Origin: Copranaerobaculum intestinale
GTDB lineage: Bacteria > Bacillota_I > Bacilli_A > Erysipelotrichales > Erysipelotrichaceae
Reading direction: 5' to 3'
Length of the DNA: 32,000 bases
NCBI RefSeq assembly: GCF_009831105.1
Contig: NZ_WUUQ01000007.1
Coordinates: 30,001 to 62,000 of the forward strand
The translations under genes and the position numbers were made by a program. A model generated the notes under the pieces. It made no database searches. It saw only the letters and a program-made list of their open reading frames with translations, and had not been told where the DNA came from. This document shows positions 1 through 7,082 of this stretch, piece by piece (within the stretch, counting starts at the first letter, position 1; every line of letters starts with the position of its first letter).

Positions 1-527
1 TGCCGGCGCTTGAGAAAGCAAATGCGGCAAAAAGCGAAGCAATTCAAGCTCAGAGCAATTTGACTTCTTTGAAAATGAATCAAAGCGGTCTGGAGGATTT
101 GCAGGTGCAGTCCGATAATTTGATCGTGGAACTGAACGGTTTGATTTCAAAGTATGCTGTTCCTAAAGCCAATGAAGAAATCGACAAACAGCTGACGACG
201 CTGGCACAGAAATATTATCTGCTCCCAGCCGACTTGGAGATTTCGCAGCGTACACGAGTTGCGATTGTTTCATTGGATGAACGATTGAAGCTGAAAGAAG
301 AAAAAAAGGAGCTGCCGGCAACAAAAGATGGGAAGCCGAAAGGAACTCAATGTGATGTTGTTTATGTGACGATGAAAGTTTATGGTTCGCAAAGCAGCGC
401 TGCCGCATTGGCACAGGAAGTATCTACGTATACGACCATGCGGTTGAACAGTATGAGCGTGGATAATATTGAAAATACAATTACCTTTAAATTCGCAATG
501 TATTTGATTCCTACTGAGGATGCGTAA
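1..527 (+). CDS. Type IV pilus assembly protein, PilO-like (3' part; the ORF is open to the left edge of the window)
   Basis: The frame of the listed 60..527 ORF has no stop back to nt 3 (PALEKANAAKSEAIQAQSNL...), so the TTG at 60 is not the true start. It has a coiled-coil-like N-part followed by a mixed alpha/beta C-part. It sits directly upstream of the pilin genes, with its stop TAA abutting the next ATG at 528. The PilO assignment rests on position and architecture only. Confidence 0.4.
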   Translation, partial: PALEKANAAKSEAIQAQSNLTSLKMNQSGLEDLQVQSDNLIVELNGLISKYAVPKANEEIDKQLTTLAQKYYLLPADLEISQRTRVAIVSLDERLKLKEEKKELPATKDGKPKGTQCDVVYVTMKVYGSQSSAAALAQEVSTYTTMRLNSMSVDNIENTITFKFAMYLIPTEDA

Positions 528-998
528 ATGAAGCAGAATCAGAAAGGGTCAACGTTAGTATGGGCCATTACAATCATTATGGTCATGATGGTGCTGATTA
601 CCGCGATGCTGACGATTTCTCATCAGTATTATGCACGTACCCAGCAAAATTTTAAAATCAGACAGGCGAAGGTAACTGCCCAGGCGGCAGGAGATTCGTT
701 ATCTGAACTGATTCATTCCAACCGAAGCGGAATGATGCTGACCCTAGTTCCGGAAAAATATGATGGAAGTGCAAATGCGGTCATCCATGTAGAAAAGCTG
801 AAGCTGGGTGATAAAATGGGGACTGCTCAGGCTACGATCACGCGCACCAAGGAAGATCGGCTGACAATCAAAATCAAAGCAGAATATGCGGAGATAGAGG
901 CAGAATTAACTGTAACGATGCAGCTGAAGGATTCCGATAAGGGTGGCCAGGCTTGGGTTCGTGTAGATTACAATAACGGATCGGAGGCAAACTCATGA
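528..998 (+). CDS. Putative minor pilin / pseudopilin-like protein (PilX/ComGG-type N-terminus)
   Basis: The N-terminus MKQNQKG|STLVWAITIIMVMMVLITAML has Gly followed by a roughly 20-aa hydrophobic helix but no Glu at +5, as in ComGG/PilX-type proteins. The gene is translationally coupled on both sides (TAAATG at 525-530, ATGA at 995-998). Confidence 0.45.
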   Translation: MKQNQKGSTLVWAITIIMVMMVLITAMLTISHQYYARTQQNFKIRQAKVTAQAAGDSLSELIHSNRSGMMLTLVPEKYDGSANAVIHVEKLKLGDKMGTAQATITRTKEDRLTIKIKAEYAEIEAELTVTMQLKDSDKGGQAWVRVDYNNGSEANS

Positions 999-1885
999 GA
1001 CGATTGGATAAGCGAGGAATGACGATACTGGAGATCATTGTAACGATCATGGTGTTAGCGATCGCATTAACCATTCTTACCTCCGGTATTTTTGCGGCAA
1101 ATAATTTGATGAAAGAGGGACGTCACGCTCAGCAGGCTCTGGATAATCAAACATCAGCCTTGAATGGTACCATTGCGAATACTACCAAATTGGATAAAGA
1201 AAAGCAGTCCATGTCTTTTATGGTAAATGGTTCAACCTATCGCTTCAGCGGAACTGCATTGACTGGACGAGACACGCTCTATGATGATATCCATCTGCAG
1301 GGCTTTACCTTGAAGGAATCATTGGATTATTCTGTGGAATATCAAGCGTATTTATACATGAAGGGAATGCCTGATGTATTCCGTGACCTATTAAGAATGG
1401 GTTCTGAAGAAAAACAACAGGTTATCAATGTGTTCCAAAGCTTGGGAAGCACGGTTACTTCCTTGTATTTAAACAATGATGAATTTATCATGTACATGTT
1501 CCATTATTATTACGGCAGGAACTGGCCGGATTTCAATAAAGAGCTGCAGAAACAGCTTCCTGAATCGCTTCAAAATAAGGCTTATGTAATCCGTACTTTT
1601 ATGAGCTCACCGATCAATGATTCCAGTACGATCATCGTATATGCGACGGAATATACAAGTGCAATCAAAGGCAGTTGGGGAACGTCACTGATTTATGATT
1701 ACGGCGATGGAGAAGATCCGAATACGGCTGCTGGCTGGTACTATATGCATAATACAGGTGCAACATGTCTGGGCAGAAAAGGAAGCTGTATGCTGACCGA
1801 CTTTAATAATAATGCGCATACATGGAGCGAGCTTCAAAGAGAATTAAGAAATACCAATGTATGGACGCCGCTTGGAGAATCTTGA
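995..1885 (+). CDS. Large type IV pilin-like protein (prepilin-type N-terminal cleavage/methylation domain) with an uncharacterised C-terminal module
   Basis: MRRLDKRG|MTILEIIVTIMVLAIALTILTSG is a canonical class III signal (Gly-1, Glu+5, hydrophobic alpha1-N). At 296 aa it is about twice the size of an ordinary pilin. Confidence 0.75.
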   Translation: MRRLDKRGMTILEIIVTIMVLAIALTILTSGIFAANNLMKEGRHAQQALDNQTSALNGTIANTTKLDKEKQSMSFMVNGSTYRFSGTALTGRDTLYDDIHLQGFTLKESLDYSVEYQAYLYMKGMPDVFRDLLRMGSEEKQQVINVFQSLGSTVTSLYLNNDEFIMYMFHYYYGRNWPDFNKELQKQLPESLQNKAYVIRTFMSSPINDSSTIIVYATEYTSAIKGSWGTSLIYDYGDGEDPNTAAGWYYMHNTGATCLGRKGSCMLTDFNNNAHTWSELQRELRNTNVWTPLGES

Positions 1886-1898
1886 AAGGAGCATCATC

Positions 1899-2900
1899 AT
1901 GAAATATCTTCGCAATCATAAGGGCATGACATTGATCGAAATCATAATTACCCTTTTCATTGCGTCGATCATCCTGGTTATGTCCAGCTCGATTCTATTG
2001 TCCTCCATGGGCTTTTTCGATCAGCATGCGATCAGTGATTATGATAAATCAACATTAGACAGTGCGTTCAGCCAAGTGAGCGATCAATTGGAATATGCTT
2101 CTGTCATTACGATTTCCGCTACTCCTTTATCAGATAAATCCTATGAAAATTGGTCATATTATCGTATTAAAAACGGTCGTCTATATTATCGTGCAACAGC
2201 TGATAGTGATGAACGTGATTTATATACTGATGCGTTTTATCATAAGCGGCAGATGATGATGCAGGTTCAGATGAAGGACAAGGATAAACTGTATTTGTAT
2301 ATGGGTCTGAAAGAGGACGATCGGATTGTCTATGATCGGCAGAATACTTTATCACTGTCAGTTGTTACCGTTCGCATTGAAAACAATGAATCTGAAGGAA
2401 TAACGGCGCCGGATAAAAAAGTACATACAGATGTATATGTGTATTTTCAGCGTCAGCATGAAGAAGAATCCGGAAATATCCCGGAGGATGGTGTTCCGGG
2501 TACGGTAGCGGATGAAAAGTACTGTCTTGAAAATAATCAAGATGCCTATAAGGGTGATTTTAAAATTCCAGCTGATTATGATAAGGGTGATTTTGTTACG
2601 TATAATGGGGTTCTTTATCGGGCTCAGAAAAACATCAATGCAAACAATCCCGCTTTTACTCCGGATGTTATGAATACCGGATGGAAGCGGATTGACGAAA
2701 ATTGGAATCAATCTAGTGAATATCAAAAGGGTGATATTATTATATTTGGGGCGGATGTGCACGGAAACCATGTATATTATCAAAGCTTGACAAATCATAA
2801 TGTGGCATGGCAGCCCGATATGACGATCGGCCACTCATGGGTGAAGCTGGATCCAAGTGAGGTTCCCAAGGAGCATGCATGTCGGGTAACATGGGATTAG
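1899..2900 (+). CDS. Modular type IV pilin with two C-terminal CBM5/12-like carbohydrate-binding modules
   Basis: The start was refined to the ATG at 1899, with an AAAGGAG RBS at 1886-1892; the listed ORF starts at 1857, inside the previous gene. The N-terminus is MKYLRNHKG|MTLIEIIITLFIASIIL. Nt 2544-2693 and 2700-2849 encode two roughly 50-aa repeats (Y.KGDFVTYNGVLYRAQ...NPAFTPDV...GWKRI and Y.KGDIII...HVYYQSL..HNVAWQPDM...SWVKL) that fit the CBM5/12 pattern. Confidence 0.7.
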   Translation: MKYLRNHKGMTLIEIIITLFIASIILVMSSSILLSSMGFFDQHAISDYDKSTLDSAFSQVSDQLEYASVITISATPLSDKSYENWSYYRIKNGRLYYRATADSDERDLYTDAFYHKRQMMMQVQMKDKDKLYLYMGLKEDDRIVYDRQNTLSLSVVTVRIENNESEGITAPDKKVHTDVYVYFQRQHEEESGNIPEDGVPGTVADEKYCLENNQDAYKGDFKIPADYDKGDFVTYNGVLYRAQKNINANNPAFTPDVMNTGWKRIDENWNQSSEYQKGDIIIFGADVHGNHVYYQSLTNHNVAWQPDMTIGHSWVKLDPSEVPKEHACRVTWD

Positions 2901-2922
2901 AACAGGAAAGGCAGGCGGTAAG

Positions 2923-4596
2923 ATGAGAAACATACCAATTGGAGAGGTACTGAAGGAATACGGATATATCAGTGAGGAACAGCTCCAGCAGGCGCTGATC
3001 CTGCAGAAGCAGGATCGTTCAAAGCGGTTAGGAACGATCATGATTGAAAAGGGCTTTATCACAGAGAAGCAGATGCTGTCTGCATTAGCTGAGCGTCTGA
3101 ATCAGCCGCTGATCGACTTGTCTACTTATCAGGTAGACAGTGAGGCGGTGGAACTGGTTCCTCAGCAGATTGCGCAAAAGTACTCGTTGATTGCAATTAA
3201 GAAAGAGGCGGGCAGTCTCATTGTTGCGACCAGTGATCCTTTAAACTTCTATGCAATCGAAGATGTGAGACAGATTGTCGGTATGCCTTTAATTGTCAAT
3301 TTGGCGCTGCAAAAGGATGTTTATCATGCAATCGGCTACTATTATGCCGAATTTGAAGCAAAAAAAGCCGCAACTGAAGCAAATAAGAGTGTCATTGATG
3401 ACGAAATGTCTTTGACTTCTATATTCAATGCGGAAGAGGATGAAACCCCGGTTGTTAAGGTTTTGAATTCGCTGCTGGTACGCGGGTATAATACGAATGC
3501 CAGTGATATACATATTGAACCGACAAAATCAAAGACAATGGTTCGGATGCGAATTGACGGAACGATGGTTGATTATGTGCAGTTGGACCGTTCTTTGCAC
3601 AACTCTTTAATTGCCCGCACCAAAATTTTGGCTAATCTGGATATTGCGGAGAAACGTGCACCGCAGGACGGTCACTTTGTTTTAAAAATAGAAAATTATG
3701 AAATGAATCTAAGAGTGTCGCTGATTCCTACGATTTACGGAGAAAAGGCGGTTCTTCGATACTTAAATACCAACACACCTATTTCAAATGCCAGGTATTT
3801 TGGCATGAGTGAAAAGCATTATGAAGAACTGGTGGATATGCTGCGAGCACCGCATGGTATTATTTATATAACCGGTCCGACCGGCAGCGGGAAAACGACA
3901 ACTTTATATATGGCCTTGGAAATGCTGGCACAGCGGGCCGTGAATATTTCAACGATTGAGGATCCGGTAGAGCGCAATATTGACCGCATCAATCAGATGC
4001 AGGTAAATCCGTTGGCTGGACTGACCTTTGAATCAGGGCTGCGGGCCCTGCTGCGGCAGGATCCGGATATTATCATGGTCGGTGAAACCCGTGATGCGCA
4101 GACTGCAGAGATTTCCGTACGTGCAGCGATCACCGGGCACTTGGTTCTATCAACCCTGCATACCAATGATGCCGCTTCAGTCATCGTACGTTTGCAGGAT
4201 ATGGGAGTGGAACCTTATCTGATCGCCAATTCTTTGAATGGGGTTGTAGCACAGCGGCTGATGCGTCAGGTTTGTCCGCACTGCCGTGAAGCGGTGGAAG
4301 CCGATGCACTTACTCAGCAACGGCTGGGACGTCCGGTAAAACAGCTTTATCAGGCAAAGGGATGTCATCTGTGCAATTTCACCGGCTATCATAACCGAAT
4401 CGCCATTCATGAAATTATTCATATTGATGCGGAAATTCGGCGTATGATCGTTGAACAAAGACCGCTGGATGATATCAAAAAGTACTTGATCGAAAGCGGA
4501 CAAAGTGAAACGTTAAAGGACAGTGCAGCGGAAATGGTGGCCAGCGGCATCACGACGATGGAAGAATTTGATCGTATTACGTATTTCACAGACTGA
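2923..4596 (+). CDS. pilB: Type IV pilus assembly (extension) ATPase PilB, GspE family, with an MshEN/T2SSE_N-type N-terminal domain
   Basis: Walker A GPTGSGKTT, Walker B/Asp box DPDIIMVGETRD, His box GHLVLSTLHTND, and a tetracysteine CPHC...CHLC zinc motif. The N-terminus carries two RLGxx..G.I....L...L..Q-like repeats. Confidence 0.9.
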   Translation: MRNIPIGEVLKEYGYISEEQLQQALILQKQDRSKRLGTIMIEKGFITEKQMLSALAERLNQPLIDLSTYQVDSEAVELVPQQIAQKYSLIAIKKEAGSLIVATSDPLNFYAIEDVRQIVGMPLIVNLALQKDVYHAIGYYYAEFEAKKAATEANKSVIDDEMSLTSIFNAEEDETPVVKVLNSLLVRGYNTNASDIHIEPTKSKTMVRMRIDGTMVDYVQLDRSLHNSLIARTKILANLDIAEKRAPQDGHFVLKIENYEMNLRVSLIPTIYGEKAVLRYLNTNTPISNARYFGMSEKHYEELVDMLRAPHGIIYITGPTGSGKTTTLYMALEMLAQRAVNISTIEDPVERNIDRINQMQVNPLAGLTFESGLRALLRQDPDIIMVGETRDAQTAEISVRAAITGHLVLSTLHTNDAASVIVRLQDMGVEPYLIANSLNGVVAQRLMRQVCPHCREAVEADALTQQRLGRPVKQLYQAKGCHLCNFTGYHNRIAIHEIIHIDAEIRRMIVEQRPLDDIKKYLIESGQSETLKDSAAEMVASGITTMEEFDRITYFTD

Positions 4597-4608
4597 TGAG
4601 GTGAAGCT

Positions 4609-5658
4609 ATGAAAGATTTAGAAGGACTGCTTCAATATGCACGAATGACGAATTGCTCAGATCTGCATATCAGCGAAAATCATAATCCGGTGTTTCGGCG
4701 CAACGGACGTTTAGAATTTGAAACGGAATCATATGAGAAAAATGATAATCGAACCATGATTTTGAGAATGATGAACGAAAATCAAAAAGCGGGCTTGAAA
4801 GCAGGCGATGATCAGGATTTTGTTTATATTGATAAAGAAAATAACCGCTATCGTGTTAATGTCTATAATCAGCAGAATCAGTATGCCGCAGCTATTCGTG
4901 TCATTTATGAGGAAATTGCTTCTTTGGATCGTTTAGGTTTGCCTAATGTTTTAAAGACGCTCTGTGACCAGCCACGCGGTCTCGTGTTGTTGAGCGGACC
5001 AACCGGCAGCGGGAAATCGACGACATTAGCTGCGATGATCGACTATATCAACGAGCATTTTGACCGGCATATCATCACCATTGAGGATCCGGTAGAATAT
5101 GTTTATCATCAGAAATTATCGATGATCCATCAGCGCGAAGTCGGCAGTGATGTGAAATCCTTCAGCACTGCTCTGCGCTCGGCAATGCGGGAGGATCCGG
5201 ATGTTATTTTGGTGGGAGAGATGCGTGATTATGAAACAATTCAGGCTGCTATTACCGCGGCAGAAACCGGTCATTTGGTCTTTTCTACCTTGCATACCGT
5301 CGGTGCAGCGAAAACGATCGATCGTATCATTGATGTCTTTCCAGAGCATAAACAATCGCAGATTCGAACCCAGCTGTCTACGGTATTGCGGGCAGCGATC
5401 ACGCAGCAGCTGATACCTACCATAGATGGAATGGGGCGGGTTGCAGCATGTGAAATTCTGCTTGGCACCGACGCTGTCAGCAGTCTGATCCGCGACAATA
5501 AAGCCCACCAGCTTGGTTCTATCATGCAGACGAATGCAAAGGAAGGTATGATCACTTTGAATGCTGCATTGGCACAACTGGTAAGAGCAGGAAAAATCAG
5601 CGCCGTATCGGCAGCACAATTCAGCAGCGATCCAATTGAGCTGCGTCAATATCTTTAA
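4609..5658 (+). CDS. pilT: Twitching-motility (retraction) ATPase PilT
   Basis: SDLHI...NPVFRRNGRL N-domain, Walker A GPTGSGKST, DPDVILVGEMRD, GHLVFSTLHT, and the PilT-specific AxxxLIR(D/E)xK motif (AVSSLIRDNKAHQL). It is about 350 aa with no N-terminal extension. RBS GAGGTGA. Confidence 0.9.
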   Translation: MKDLEGLLQYARMTNCSDLHISENHNPVFRRNGRLEFETESYEKNDNRTMILRMMNENQKAGLKAGDDQDFVYIDKENNRYRVNVYNQQNQYAAAIRVIYEEIASLDRLGLPNVLKTLCDQPRGLVLLSGPTGSGKSTTLAAMIDYINEHFDRHIITIEDPVEYVYHQKLSMIHQREVGSDVKSFSTALRSAMREDPDVILVGEMRDYETIQAAITAAETGHLVFSTLHTVGAAKTIDRIIDVFPEHKQSQIRTQLSTVLRAAITQQLIPTIDGMGRVAACEILLGTDAVSSLIRDNKAHQLGSIMQTNAKEGMITLNAALAQLVRAGKISAVSAAQFSSDPIELRQYL

Positions 5659-5669
5659 GGAGATATCTT

Positions 5670-6179
5670 ATGCAAATACGAAAAATAGATGATGGTCAAA
5701 TACGTATGCAAATCAGTGAAAAAATTTTGCGGCAGCTGCCTGATTATTTTGGTATTGAGGAAAGTACGCTGGACTATATCCATCAAAGTGAATATCAAAC
5801 AATGTTTGCCGCTTATGAGGATGAACAACCCATTGGCTTTTTGACCCTGCAGCCGCATGGTGATGCATGCATGGAAGTATACGCGATGGGGGTCTTAGAA
5901 AGAGGCCATCGCAAGGGAATTGGCCGCAGCTTGATGGAATATGCTTTCGCTTATGCCAAACAGCAGGGATGTACGTATGTCAGTGTGAAAACACTTGGCA
6001 GCAGTCATCCGGATGAGGGCTACCGTAAAACCCGTCAATTCTATTATGCGATGGGTTTCCAACCGCTTGAAGAGTCCACTCAGCTATGGGGAATGGACTG
6101 TCCATGCCTATTCATGGTAAAGCATTTGTATATGGATGCTCCCATTAAAAATTATGATTTGGAAAAACCGCAGGGATAA
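5670..6179 (+). CDS. GNAT family N-acetyltransferase
   Basis: Acetyl-CoA-binding motif (HRKGIGRSLMEYAFAYAKQQG) followed by the YYAMGF beta-strand. RBS AAGGAG lies 8 nt upstream. Confidence 0.8.
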   Translation: MQIRKIDDGQIRMQISEKILRQLPDYFGIEESTLDYIHQSEYQTMFAAYEDEQPIGFLTLQPHGDACMEVYAMGVLERGHRKGIGRSLMEYAFAYAKQQGCTYVSVKTLGSSHPDEGYRKTRQFYYAMGFQPLEESTQLWGMDCPCLFMVKHLYMDAPIKNYDLEKPQG

Positions 6180-6192
6180 ATGCGGTTTTTTA
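6163..6192 (+). terminator. Intrinsic terminator after the pilus/GNAT transcription unit
   Basis: AAAACCGCA (6164-6172) / TGCGGTTTT (6181-6189) stem followed by a T-run. The stop codon lies in the loop. Confidence 0.6.
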
Positions 6193-6451
6193 TATATCAT
6201 CGGGAAAGATTAATTAATCCTTACTTATATACATTAAAAAGATTTAGGAATATGGAATCTTGCTGCGTATAAGGAATTGGAGGCAGATGGATATGATGGG
6301 AAGGGGGCCTGTTATGTTTCATCTAGCTTGGTATATCGGGTGGGCAGTTACTGCATCATGCATTATCTGGCGTATTCTGAGAAAACGATAATTTGAGATT
6401 TCTATGAAACGGGAGCGATAGGAATCTCACCCAGCGGTTTGCCTCCGCCGC

Positions 6452-6481
6452 AAAAAAAGTACAGAGCCATCTGTACTTTTT
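6452..6481 (-). terminator. Intrinsic terminator of bcp (A-run/T-run flanked, potentially bidirectional)
   Basis: GTACAGA (6459-6465) / TCTGTAC (6470-6476) stem, with an A7 run on one side and a T5 run on the other. Confidence 0.6.
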
Positions 6482-6941
6482 ATATGCTTTTCAAGTCTTC
6501 TAAAATGGTTTGGGCATGAGTGGTCGGATCAACCTTTTCATAAGCACGCTGGATGATACCTTCCTCATCAATCAAATAAGTACTGCGCGTGATTCCCATA
6601 TAAGTGCGTCCATATAGCTTTTTCTCTTTCCATACATCATAAGCCTGAATTGCTTCCAGCTTTGGGTCTGCCAAAATCAGAAACGGCAGCTGGAATTTGT
6701 CGGCGAATTTCTGATGGGATCGGACACTGTCTTTACTGATGCCGATCACAACAACGTTCTGTTCTTTGAAACCATCATAAGCGGCTGCAAAGGCGCAGGC
6801 TTCCTTGGTACAGCCAGGGGTGTTATCCTTCGGATAAAAATAAAGTACAACTTTCTGGCCTTTAAAATCAGAAAGCTTTACGGTGTTGCCGTCTTGATCT
6901 GGCAGGGTAAATACCGGTGCCGGAATATGAATATCTAACAT
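6480..6941 (-). CDS. bcp: Thioredoxin-dependent thiol peroxidase (peroxiredoxin Bcp)
   Basis: YFYPKDNTPGCTKEACAF active-site motif (CxxxxC, atypical 2-Cys Bcp type) in a 153-aa protein. AGGAGG RBS. Confidence 0.9.
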   Translation of the reverse strand: MLDIHIPAPVFTLPDQDGNTVKLSDFKGQKVVLYFYPKDNTPGCTKEACAFAAAYDGFKEQNVVVIGISKDSVRSHQKFADKFQLPFLILADPKLEAIQAYDVWKEKKLYGRTYMGITRSTYLIDEEGIIQRAYEKVDPTTHAQTILEDLKSI

Positions 6942-7036
6942 ATGAATTCCTCCTGTTACGTATCTGTTATTATTATACGCAATCGGTTATAAAATGTATT
7001 GTTTGATGCTTTCAGCAAGGAACTGTTATTTTCATG

Positions 7037-7066
7037 TTCCATATATTCCGGAAAGTATGATACAAT
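7037..7066 (+). promoter_or_regulatory. Putative sigma-A promoter with extended -10 (TGaTACAAT) for the ROK kinase gene
   Basis: TG at 7058-7059 and TACAAT at 7061-7066, with a weak -35 TTCCAT 18 nt upstream. It lies inside the listed ORF 6999..7976, which supports the downstream ATG at 7083 as the real start. Confidence 0.4.
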
Positions 7067-7082
7067 GGCGCAGGTGATAAAG

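Noticed and set aside
2358-2834. 158-aa ORF antisense to the CBM-pilin gene.
   Set aside because: It lies entirely within a well-supported sense gene. Its product is Ile/Phe/Asn-rich low-complexity sequence, typical of the reverse frame of an AT-rich coding region. It has no RBS and no motif.
5116-5649. 177-aa ORF (and a nested 94-aa ORF) antisense to pilT.
   Set aside because: The product is Cys/Arg-rich nonsense-like sequence opposite one of the most conserved genes in the window. It has no RBS. Long antisense ORFs are expected opposite GC-richer, stop-poor coding frames.
6999-7082. N-terminal extensions of listed ORFs: 6999 (ROK), 12727 (YoaP-GNAT), 13602, 18601 (methyltransferase), 20419 (kinase), 20319 (rdgB), 1857 (pilin), 28967 (kinase), 16724 and 22339.
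   Set aside because: In each case an internal ATG or GTG has a proper GGAGG-type RBS and begins where family homology begins. The extension also contains a promoter, a terminator or the previous gene.
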